Notes under the pieces: model-generated
The model's database searches: none
What the model saw: only the letters and a program-made list of their open reading frames with translations
Told to the model about the DNA's origin: nothing
Source: a virus
Taxonomy: Duplodnaviria > Caudoviricetes
DNA: 46,338 bases
IMG/VR virus record: IMGVR_UViG_3300048819_000060
Span: 1 to 46,338 of that record
Direction: 5' to 3' (one strand)
Translations under genes and position numbers: made by a program
Part shown: piece by piece, positions 37,104 to 44,848 of the stretch
Position numbering within the stretch: the first letter of the stretch is position 1
Layout of the letters: every line of letters starts with the position of its first letter

Positions 37104-39433
37104 GCGGATGCCGCCTGCAAATGCCACGGCTGGCTCGCCGCCGGTGCGATCGGATTGGTCGACGCCCAGGTGATCGCGACCGGCGTCAGCCGCGTCTCGA
37201 CCAGCACCGCCGAGACGATCGTGCTGGCATATGCCTGCAAGACCTGCGTCGCGGTGTCGATGGAGAGCAGGATGTTCACCCAGCTCCCCCAGCTCGCGTA
37301 ATCATAGGTCGCGGTGACGATCGCGGCGCCGGTGGCGTCGAACGCCTCGACGGTGATCTGCGGTGTGCCGGTGGCATCGTTATGGATCGCGACGAACAGG
37401 CCCGGGGTGGTGGTGGCGTGGGTGTCGTCGGTCTGGTTGGAGAAGATCAGCCCGGTTGTGGATCCGTCCGGGATCAGCAGCCACACGCTCAGCAATGCCG
37501 TGGCGAACGACCGCGCCAGACCGTTCAAGCCGGTCGTCGTGGCAAGCCGTGTCGGTGAGACGATGGTGACACTGTTGGCCTGATAGGTGCTCGTTTGACT
37601 GATCGGCCCGCCAGTGCCACGCCAGTTCCAGAAGCAGTTGCCCCAGTGGCGGCTCATCATGCCGGGCGTCGTGCCGGAAGGCGCGCCAGCTTCCCACGCC
37701 GCAAGCCGGTTCCACAGCGGGTAGCCGAGCATGGCGCTCGACGTCATGTCATACTGCCAGGTCCGGTTCGCCTCGGGGAAGGTCAACACATAGAAAACGT
37801 GGCCGCCCTGCTGGTAGCCGTAGCCGATGGCGTCGCCGCGGTTGGCATAGCCGTCGAACTCGTTGGTCAGCGCCTGCGTCGAGATGACGTCGACCTGATA
37901 GCCCTTGGCCATGACCACGAGCCCCTGGCCCTGGTCGTTGCGCGCCAGCCAGATCAGCACCTCGCCCAGCTTCGCCAGCGAGAACGGCGCCTCGATGCCG
38001 TATTCCATGTGCACGGCACTCAGCGGCTGGAAGGCGAAGCCGGCCGTCCCGGCATCGGCCCAGACCTCGGTGTTGCGCTGTTTCGGGATGAATGCCTGAT
38101 CGTGGATCACCGCGATTGCCATGCAGTTATCCGGCGACTGGTTGGCGACGCCGTAATTCAGCGCCTGCCACGTCGACAGATCGGCCTCGTCTGACTGCGC
38201 GATGGATTGCGAGCCCCGGAACACCAGCAGGCCGAAGCCGTCGCTGATCGCGCCCATGACCGGGTTGGGGAATGGCAGGATCACCGGCACCACGCCGACC
38301 CACGCGCCATACCCGGGCGAACTCAAGGTGAAGCCCGAGCCCGAGCCGGTGGTTGATTTCTGTTTGAAGGTCAGTGGCCAGTCGCCGGCCGACACCGCGC
38401 CGCCCTGGCTGACGGTGAAGCCGGTCACGCTGCCTGACGCGCCTGTCGCTGTGACGAGGTAGGTGGCGTCGTCGCTTCCGCCCGAGATCAACCCGACCGC
38501 GCCGACGACATAGCCCTGCCCGGCGGCGGCGAGCGTGGAGCCGGTGATCGGCCCGGACGAGGCGGTGATATTGAGCCTGAGACCAAGCCCGGCGTTGGCC
38601 GGCACGGCGGGCGCCGCGGCCGTCGTCGCCCCGGTGTATGCGGTGTAGGAGGTGCCGGGGTTGAGCATGGTGACTGCGGTCACCGCCCCGCCGCTGATGG
38701 TTTTCACCTGATAGACCGCATCGCCGCTGCCGCTGCTGATGAACCCGGTGTCGCCCACGGCATAACCGGAACCGCCGCTGTCGACGCCGATCGAGCCGAT
38801 CGGGCCGCCGCCGGCCGAGATGTTGATCAGCAGCCCGGACCCGACCCCGGCCTGTCCGGCGATCGCCGTCGTCGGGACGTTGGTCGCGCTGCTGTAGCTG
38901 GTGCCGTAGCTGCCCAGCTTGTAGGTGGTGACCGGGTTGTTCGAGATCGCGCTGACGGTGATGACCGGGTTGGCCGAAGCCGTTCCGCTGTCGCCTTGCA
39001 GGGTAATTTCGTCGTTGATCGCATACAGCCCGCCAGGCGCGTCGATCGTGCCACCGGTGAGCGGCGAGCCCCCCGGCACCAGCCAGCCGCCGACGCCGTC
39101 GACAATCATCAACTGCGTGGTGTTGGCGAACATCGAGACCGGGGTCTGAGCGGCGCCGATCGAGCCGCAGAGCGTGGCGACGCCGTTCGATGTCAGGCTG
39201 TAGACGTCCGGGCCGGAGACCACATAGAGCAGGCCATTGAGGTCGCGCACACCGCGGATCGGACCGCTGCCCAGTGCGGCGACCAGATCGAGGCCGGGGG
39301 CGTTGTAAAGCGCGCCAGGGGCAACCCCGTCTTTCGTTTCGACTATCTCGACTATGAGATTGACTAATTCATTGTCGGCAAGAAACCTCGACCGCGCCGC
39401 CGAGAAGCCGCCAAGGATTGGGGACTTCGCCAC
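37100..39433 (-). CDS. P22 gp10-like DNA stabilization/tail hub protein, N-terminal part with insertions (777 aa)
   Basis: LYNAPGL...GPIRG..LYVVSG, VSMFANTTQLMIVDG, TEVWADAG, GIEAPFSLAKLGEVLIWL, ISTQAL and YQQGGHVFYVLTFPEANRTWQYD; contains duplicated GGSGY-type beta inserts. Confidence 0.85.
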   Translation of the reverse strand: MAKSPILGGFSAARSRFLADNELVNLIVEIVETKDGVAPGALYNAPGLDLVAALGSGPIRGVRDLNGLLYVVSGPDVYSLTSNGVATLCGSIGAAQTPVSMFANTTQLMIVDGVGGWLVPGGSPLTGGTIDAPGGLYAINDEITLQGDSGTASANPVITVSAISNNPVTTYKLGSYGTSYSSATNVPTTAIAGQAGVGSGLLINISAGGGPIGSIGVDSGGSGYAVGDTGFISSGSGDAVYQVKTISGGAVTAVTMLNPGTSYTAYTGATTAAAPAVPANAGLGLRLNITASSGPITGSTLAAAGQGYVVGAVGLISGGSDDATYLVTATGASGSVTGFTVSQGGAVSAGDWPLTFKQKSTTGSGSGFTLSSPGYGAWVGVVPVILPFPNPVMGAISDGFGLLVFRGSQSIAQSDEADLSTWQALNYGVANQSPDNCMAIAVIHDQAFIPKQRNTEVWADAGTAGFAFQPLSAVHMEYGIEAPFSLAKLGEVLIWLARNDQGQGLVVMAKGYQVDVISTQALTNEFDGYANRGDAIGYGYQQGGHVFYVLTFPEANRTWQYDMTSSAMLGYPLWNRLAAWEAGAPSGTTPGMMSRHWGNCFWNWRGTGGPISQTSTYQANSVTIVSPTRLATTTGLNGLARSFATALLSVWLLIPDGSTTGLIFSNQTDDTHATTTPGLFVAIHNDATGTPQITVEAFDATGAAIVTATYDYASWGSWVNILLSIDTATQVLQAYASTIVSAVLVETRLTPVAITWASTNPIAPAASQPWHLQAASA

Positions 39434-40170
39434 TACTGGCGCCCCGTTCCGCGATCGTTATAGATATTGTAGCCGCCAGAAGAACTTCTAGCCACCAATT
39501 CCGGGTCATACACAGAAATCTGCATCCGCATATTCGTGCGCTTGATCGACGCCTTGGTCTCACGCGCCTCTTCGCGAACGTCGGGATCGAGCTGCGCACT
39601 GGTGAAGTATGCCTTTAGCGACAGCGCCAGATTGGTGGTGATCGCCCGCTTGTAGCCGGGCGGCAGGCTGAACACCGCGGTGAGTGAGCCAAAGTCACCG
39701 AGTTGCAGATACGACAGAAACGAGCACGTGTAGCTCATCGACGGCGTCGGCCAGATGTTGATGATCCCAAGCGGATACTGCGGATCGTAGAAAAGCGTGT
39801 CCGGTAGGTTTGCGTTGGCAACGGCCGTGGTCTGGTTGTTCCACGTCATCTGGTCGACGACGGTCATCATGTAGCGGTTGCCCTGCGTGTCGAGCAGGTA
39901 AGCGCTGCCGGGCGCCTCGATCACCCGCAGCGGTCGCGTGCCGGATATCATGCCGCCCGGTCCGACAGTATAGGCGCCGATGCCGACTTGCAGCGTGAAG
40001 GTCTGGGTCAGTTCGGCGAAGCAGGTCAACGTTTCGTTTGACCAGACATCGAGCATGTCGTTCAGCACCGACAGTCCACGCGCGCTGTCGGCCGCCGCGG
40101 CGGTGTCGCCTGGACCATAAATGCCCAGCAGTTCAAAGGCATCCTGGATGATGTCGAGCGCGGTCGTCAG
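39433..40170 (-). CDS. Head-to-tail adaptor (P22 gp4-like), probable CTG start (245 aa)
   Basis: TTALDIIQDAFELLG...GLSVLNDMLDVW, FYDPQYPLG.INIWPTP and LPPGYKRAITTNLALSL; GGAGGT lies 5 nt before CTG at 40170. Confidence 0.85.
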   Translation of the reverse strand: MTTALDIIQDAFELLGIYGPGDTAAAADSARGLSVLNDMLDVWSNETLTCFAELTQTFTLQVGIGAYTVGPGGMISGTRPLRVIEAPGSAYLLDTQGNRYMMTVVDQMTWNNQTTAVANANLPDTLFYDPQYPLGIINIWPTPSMSYTCSFLSYLQLGDFGSLTAVFSLPPGYKRAITTNLALSLKAYFTSAQLDPDVREEARETKASIKRTNMRMQISVYDPELVARSSSGGYNIYNDRGTGRQ

Positions 40171-40197
40171 TGGACACCTCCGGCGCAAAGGCGCCTG

Positions 40198-40231
40198 CGT
40201 GATCAGAGATGCCCGGCAGATCCCGGCCGGT
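40198..40231 (-). promoter_or_regulatory. Conserved late-gene leader motif, copy C
   Basis: Minus strand accggccgggatctgccgggcatc...tcacg upstream of the gp4-like gene, preceded by TGCTATCGT (extended -10-like). Confidence 0.55.
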
Positions 40232-40321
40232 CGGCGTGCGCGACGATAGCACCGAACCAATCGCTAGAACAACGACACGGTTTCTTCTGTCTGTCGTTGA
40301 AGCGGCACGCGGCGACAGCGT

Positions 40322-40342
40322 ATATCGCGATTGCGATATGAT
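40322..40342 (+). promoter_or_regulatory. Inverted repeat overlapping a -10-like hexamer in the divergent promoter region
   Basis: atatcgc-gatt-gcgatat (40322-40339) overlapping TATGAT (40337-40342), upstream of the glycosyltransferase-like gene. Confidence 0.4.
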
Positions 40343-40364
40343 TTCCTCAGACCAAGAGGTCAAA

Positions 40365-42278
40365 GTGATTTCCGCCCCCATTATTCCACAATTTGGCATG
40401 GACCCGAAATTGCTCCATGTCTTCGCGCCGCGATTTAATCCATTGGGTTTCAGTCAGCCGCACCAGCATTGGGAACGCTTCGCGCAGCATATGCTCGATT
40501 CCGGCGTGCATCTGACTGTTGTCGAATGCGTTTCGCCCGGCGAGGACTTTCATTGCACTGCGCCGCCGATGTCCGATCCGGCACACGCCGATCGCTTCCA
40601 GCACATTGGCGTCTACGCGAAAACCCGCGCGTGGACAAAGGAGAACCTAATTGTCCTCGGCGTACAACGCACTCCCCAGGCGCAGTTCATCGCCTGGCTC
40701 GACGCCGACATCACCTTTCGTCGGCAAGACTGGGCCTCGGCCACAGTCAAGGCTCTGCTGCACTATGAAATCGTGCAGCCATGGAAGAGTTGCCTCGACC
40801 TCGGGCCGAACGGCGAAATCATCGCCGTCCATACAAGCTTCTGCCACCAGATGTGGCAGGGCCAGCCGCTGGCGCCGCCTGACTGGAAAACACCATACTG
40901 GATCGGTGACGGCGGCTCGGCCGTCTATCCGCACTGCCTACCGGGGGATAGCCTCGTGGTGCCAGGTGGGAAGGTCATAGCCGCGAGCCGGCGTCCATAC
41001 GAAGGCGATCTCGTCGTCATTCGCACGGCCAGCGGTCAGGAGTTGTCCTGCTCGCTCAATCACCCGGTATTCTCGGGTAGCGAATGGGTCCGAGCCGATC
41101 GCCTCAACGTGGGCGATAATGTGTTGCGCCACGTCCGGGGGAACGGGCTTCTTGGCAAGCCAGACGAAAAGCAGCCCCCAGCCCGCATTGAGGATGTAGT
41201 TCGTTCGTTCAGCGAACGTGCGGGCCGCGACCGATTTGCACACCTTTTGCCTGACGATCTCGACAATAACCGGTCCAATTGCAAAGTCGCCGAGGTATGG
41301 GCCGATCGCCACCTGACGACAGAACGTCACGCCAGCAGCGCCAAGCAAAGCGGCGACTTCAATTTCGGTCGGATTGGACATCTGACCGCCGATCGTTTCG
41401 ACCGTCTTGGCTCGCATGATCTTCTTTGCCAGGCTCTCGGTCTTGCCACGCCTGCCAATCAGCCCACCGCGTCGGCCGGCTTCACGCCTGAACTCTTCGG
41501 TGGTCTTTTCGAGCATCCCAACGCTGATCGCCGCGCCGATTTGCTGACGTCGTTCGGCGCTCGCTCGATCCCAGGCCAATCGGCGACGGGTACTGGCAAT
41601 CTCCCCACTGGTTCTCGCTGCAGCATGCGCGGCACGGACATCAGCGGGAACGCGCTTGGCGATGATCTGTCGCGCATACCGTTCATTCATGCCGACGACC
41701 CCGGCGCACTCCGGCGCGGGCTTGCCGGACAAGTAGAGCTTGATGAGGTGGTCTATGTCGGCCGTCGTGAATTTCTTGGGCATCTGTACGATCTGCAGAC
41801 TGAGAACGGCTACATCATTGCTGACGGCATTCTGACGCACAATAGCGGGTTCGGGTGGGGCACAACGCGCGCTATCTGGGATGCGATCGGCGGGCTGTTC
41901 GAATACGGCGCAATGGGCAGCGCCGATCATCACATGGCCGCATCTCTCGCCGGTCTCGCGCACAAGACGTTGCCCCCCGGCAATACCTCAGCGAACTACT
42001 GTGCCGAGGTGCTGCGCTGGCAGCGCCGCGCGCAGGCCGCGATCAACGGCAATGTCGGCTACGTCGATGGCGTGATCGAGCATAGCTTCCACGGTGCGAA
42101 ACGGAACCGCTCCTACATCGGCCGGTGGGCGATGTTCCTCGAACACGGCTTCGATCCGCTGGAGGATCTGTGCCGCAACAGCTACGGCGTCTGGGAGTTC
42201 GCGACGAAGAAACCGCGCCTGCGCCGCGCGTTCGATCGTTACCTGCACAGCAGAAACGAAGATGGCAATTCGATGTAA
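40365..42278 (+). CDS. GT-A-fold glycosyltransferase-like protein interrupted by an intein (637 aa precursor, ~334 aa spliced)
   Basis: GTG 40365 after GAGGT (alternative ATG 40398). WTKENL, IAWLDADITF (DxD) and IVQPW precede the intein; SGFGWG...IGGLFEYGAMGSADHHMA, HSFHG and SRNED follow it. Confidence 0.8.
   Translation: MISAPIIPQFGMDPKLLHVFAPRFNPLGFSQPHQHWERFAQHMLDSGVHLTVVECVSPGEDFHCTAPPMSDPAHADRFQHIGVYAKTRAWTKENLIVLGVQRTPQAQFIAWLDADITFRRQDWASATVKALLHYEIVQPWKSCLDLGPNGEIIAVHTSFCHQMWQGQPLAPPDWKTPYWIGDGGSAVYPHCLPGDSLVVPGGKVIAASRRPYEGDLVVIRTASGQELSCSLNHPVFSGSEWVRADRLNVGDNVLRHVRGNGLLGKPDEKQPPARIEDVVRSFSERAGRDRFAHLLPDDLDNNRSNCKVAEVWADRHLTTERHASSAKQSGDFNFGRIGHLTADRFDRLGSHDLLCQALGLATPANQPTASAGFTPELFGGLFEHPNADRRADLLTSFGARSIPGQSATGTGNLPTGSRCSMRGTDISGNALGDDLSRIPFIHADDPGALRRGLAGQVELDEVVYVGRREFLGHLYDLQTENGYIIADGILTHNSGFGWGTTRAIWDAIGGLFEYGAMGSADHHMAASLAGLAHKTLPPGNTSANYCAEVLRWQRRAQAAINGNVGYVDGVIEHSFHGAKRNRSYIGRWAMFLEHGFDPLEDLCRNSYGVWEFATKKPRLRRAFDRYLHSRNEDGNSM
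40935..41843 (+). mobile_element. Class 1 intein, 303 aa
   Basis: Block A CLPGDSLV (Cys1 at 40935), block B LSCSLNHPVF, WVRADRLNVGD, block F/G HLYDLQTENGYIIADGILTHN, and +1 Ser at 41844. Removing it rejoins YPH|SGFGW. Confidence 0.93.
40938..41783 (-). CDS. Antisense-encoded HTH + DUF559/Vsr-like endonuclease nested in the intein (281 aa)
   Basis: MPKKFTTADIDHLIKLYLSGKPAPECAGVVGMNERYARQII (HTH), basic helical spacer, then SNPTEIEVAALL..GVTFCRQVAIGPYLGDFAIGPVIVEI...RTNYILNAGWGLLFVW. The TAG is complementary to intein codon 2. Confidence 0.78.
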   Translation of the reverse strand: MPKKFTTADIDHLIKLYLSGKPAPECAGVVGMNERYARQIIAKRVPADVRAAHAAARTSGEIASTRRRLAWDRASAERRQQIGAAISVGMLEKTTEEFRREAGRRGGLIGRRGKTESLAKKIMRAKTVETIGGQMSNPTEIEVAALLGAAGVTFCRQVAIGPYLGDFAIGPVIVEIVRQKVCKSVAARTFAERTNYILNAGWGLLFVWLAKKPVPPDVAQHIIAHVEAIGSDPFATREYRVIERAGQLLTAGRANDDEIAFVWTPARGYDLPTWHHEAIPR

Positions 42279-43516
42279 TGTCTTACACCAGCAAATGGAC
42301 CCCGCATGCCAGCCAGTGCCGATACTGCGGGGCACCAGCGCTCAAGTTTCGCCGCTGGAGCCCGGCACCGGGCGCCGACGAAGACATCTGCTTTTCTTGC
42401 GACGCCTGCCGCCAGGTCTGGTGGATCGAGGCCGCCGCTTCGCCAGAGGATGCCCGAATGAAAATTGCGGTCAAACCATACGCCATGCGCCTGTCGGGCA
42501 CAGTCGCCCAACAGCCCTATTCCATGTCGTGGACTATTCCTGCGCTATGCGCCGCTTACGACTGGCCTGACGACGCACCGGGCGGCGGGATGATTGCGAT
42601 CATCGAACTCGGTGGCGGGTGGAAGCAGTCTGATGTTGAGCAGGCATTCGCCGCGATGAAACTGCCCGCGCCGTCGATCACCGATGTCTCGGTCGATGGT
42701 ACGACCAACAGCCCAGGCGCCGACGCTGATGGAGAAGTGGCGCTGGACATCCAGGTCGCGGCGGCGAGTTACACCGTTGCCACGGGGGGCAAGCCGGCGA
42801 CGCTGCGCATCTACTGGTGCCAGGACATCGCCGCCGGCGTTGCCGCAGCGCAGGCTGATGGCTGTGACGTGTGTTCGATCTCCTGGGGGCTCGACGAAGC
42901 GTTGTGGGGGAAGGTCGATGGTTACGCGATGGATGCGGCGGCAACGGCAGCGACCAACGCTGGCATGGTGATCTGCGCCGCGGCAGGCGACAACGACAGC
43001 TCTGATGGCGGCACGACGCCAGCCAATGTCGATCTGCCTGGATCGGCGCGCCGGGTGATATCCTGCGGCGGCACCAGCCGCTGGCCATCAGGCACCGAAG
43101 TTGTCTGGAACAACGAGAACGGCAAGTCGAACGGCTCCGGCACCGGCGGCGGCTACTCGACGCTGTTTGCGATGCAAGTCTGGCAGACCGGCGCTCCGCG
43201 GCCACCGCCTAGTCTCGGCCGCATGGTACCCGATGTCGCGGCCTGCGCCGATCCGAACACCGGCTATCAGATCGTGCTGGACGGTCAGGTCGAAGTTGTC
43301 GGCGGCACCAGCGCCGTCGCCCCACTCTTTGCCGGGCTGTTCGCCGCGTGCGGCCGGAAGCTGGGCTTCATCGCACCCAAGCTCTACGAGAACAAGACGG
43401 CGTTCCGCGACATCATGCACGGCAACAACGGTCTGTACCATGCCGGTCTAGGCCCCGACCCCTGCTCGGGTATCGGTTCGCCGAACGGCAAGGCGATCGT
43501 CGCGCTGTTCGTCTGA
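42278..43516 (+). CDS. S53 sedolisin/kumamolisin-like serine-carboxyl peptidase with N-terminal Zn-ribbon instead of a prodomain
   Basis: IAIIELGGG, catalytic GEVALD (ExxxD), SISWG, AAGDND, GTGGGYS, RMVPDVA, GGTSAVAP (Ser) and Ca-site FRDIMHGNNG..DPCSGIGSP. Coupled ATG at 42278; a second ATG at 42458 follows GAGGA. Confidence 0.9.
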   Translation: MSYTSKWTPHASQCRYCGAPALKFRRWSPAPGADEDICFSCDACRQVWWIEAAASPEDARMKIAVKPYAMRLSGTVAQQPYSMSWTIPALCAAYDWPDDAPGGGMIAIIELGGGWKQSDVEQAFAAMKLPAPSITDVSVDGTTNSPGADADGEVALDIQVAAASYTVATGGKPATLRIYWCQDIAAGVAAAQADGCDVCSISWGLDEALWGKVDGYAMDAAATAATNAGMVICAAAGDNDSSDGGTTPANVDLPGSARRVISCGGTSRWPSGTEVVWNNENGKSNGSGTGGGYSTLFAMQVWQTGAPRPPPSLGRMVPDVAACADPNTGYQIVLDGQVEVVGGTSAVAPLFAGLFAACGRKLGFIAPKLYENKTAFRDIMHGNNGLYHAGLGPDPCSGIGSPNGKAIVALFV

Positions 43517-43629
43517 CGGCGAACCCGCCGGGCGAAGGATGAGCCGGCTTTAACCGCCACTTAACTCCAACCCGGTTATAGCCTGTGTCGAGCCGGCAGT
43601 GGCGCTGTCCACGGGCTCTTTGCGGTCAC

Positions 43630-43660
43630 GGGCGCGTCTTCTTGATCGATAGACGCGCCC
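43630..43660. terminator. Stable hairpin downstream of the S53 gene
   Basis: gggcgcgtct (43630-43639) / agacgcgccc (43651-43660): 10-bp perfect stem, 11-nt loop, no clear U-tract. Confidence 0.4.
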
Positions 43661-43757
43661 ACCTCACCGACAAGACCAGGGAGTATCCACTACGCGCGTT
43701 ATACAGAGTTCAAGTTAGCTTGAGCCCTATATGCGATGCGCTGCGCTCTCTGTATCG

Positions 43758-44012
43758 GTGGACGTGGACCGTTCGGCGCACCTGGAATGGTGCAAGCGTC
43801 GAGCGCTCGATTGCCTCGATGCCGGCCAGGTCCACAATGCCGTCGCGTCGATGCTGTCCGGTCTGCACAAGCATCCGGAAACCGTCCCCCAGTGCAGCCT
43901 TCAACTGGAGCGCACCGTGGTCCGTCTTCTCATCGATAGGGATGTCGCGGCGGCGCGCGCCTGGATCAACGGCCTTGCTTGCGCCGATGGGCCGGCGTCG
44001 GATCACCGCTGA
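43758..44012 (+). CDS. Conserved hypothetical protein
   Basis: RSAHLEWCKRRALDCLDAG...AVASMLSGLHKHPET...RAWINGL is a recognisable small phage protein pattern; start codon uncertain. Confidence 0.65.
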   Translation: MDVDRSAHLEWCKRRALDCLDAGQVHNAVASMLSGLHKHPETVPQCSLQLERTVVRLLIDRDVAAARAWINGLACADGPASDHR

Positions 44013-44199
44013 CCAGGATACGATGCCCACGGTGGCCGCATTCAGCGCAACGCAGTGGCAGTTCAATCAGCGGCGTATCGCCGTAGCCCGCTTCGATCAG
44101 CGCGGCCAGATCAATCTCTTCCGGGCGGTTACACGGCACACAGAACGCATGGACGGTGTGCAGGCCCAGATAGTCGCGCGCTGTCGGCGGCCGGCTCAT
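43966..44199 (-). CDS. Small Zn-ribbon protein
   Basis: CVPC...IDLAALIEAGYGDTPL...LRCAECG has two CxxC pairs; ATGA overlap with the upstream gene. Confidence 0.75.
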   Translation of the reverse strand: MSRPPTARDYLGLHTVHAFCVPCNRPEEIDLAALIEAGYGDTPLIELPLRCAECGHRGHRILVSGDPTPAHRRKQGR

Positions 44200-44505
44200 G
44201 ACGGTGGCGGCAGTCGTCCCTGCTCGATCCGTTGAACCCCCATTTCGACGCGGGTGAGGCGCGTCACTGTGTCCGTGAGGGCGCTGGTGGAGATCATTGT
44301 CGCTGCGCCGACGGCGGCACTCTTGGCTTCGCTGATAAGCTGGGTCTGTTCAGCCTCCAGCTTCAGCAACCTGTCCTCTACGGCACGTAGACGCTCGGCG
44401 AGCTTCTTTTCCAACGCCTGAAACCGCTCATCGATCGCGCTGAAGGTCGTCTTGTTTTCGTCCTGGAGCTTGAACAGATCCTCGTTTGAGCGAAGGCAAC
44501 GGCAT
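44196..44505 (-). pseudogene. Coiled-coil protein with apparent +1 frameshift near its start
   Basis: ATG 44505 directly follows the upstream TAG (MPLPSLK), but the coiled-coil text EDLFKLQDENKTTFSAIDERFQALEKKLAERL continues in a shifted frame; the total span is 3n+1. Confidence 0.5.
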
Positions 44506-44772
44506 CTAGAAGGCGAGCGGGCGTCGCAGGCTGGCTTGTATGTTCTTCATATCCTCGAACAACCGAGGTATGCCGTCGTCGAGCCGTTTGAGGATGGCGT
44601 CGATGTCTCCGGATACGGCCGCCTCGGCGTCGGTGGCTGGGTTCTCGGTTGCATCGACAGCAGCGAGCCGGTTGAATACCCGGTTGAGGTAATCCTGCAG
44701 CGTCCCCTCGCTGGTGAAATGTGCAAGAGCCGCCGCCGTGACGACGTGCTCAATCTCCTTGTCGGACACCAT
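44506..44772 (-). CDS. Hypothetical protein (88 aa)
   Basis: AGGAG before ATG 44772 (MVSDKEIEHVV...). Confidence 0.65.
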   Translation of the reverse strand: MVSDKEIEHVVTAAALAHFTSEGTLQDYLNRVFNRLAAVDATENPATDAEAAVSGDIDAILKRLDDGIPRLFEDMKNIQASLRRPLAF

Positions 44773-44848
44773 CAATCTCCTATCAGACGCACCATCATGC
44801 ACTTGGTGACGGAAGCGCGCCACTTCGACGCGCGGAGGTACGGGCCGC

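Noticed and set aside
41784-41963. Upstream extension of the antisense endonuclease ORF to 41963
   Set aside because: The extra 60 codons mirror the intein end and C-extein and look non-protein-like; the HTH begins at ATG 41783.
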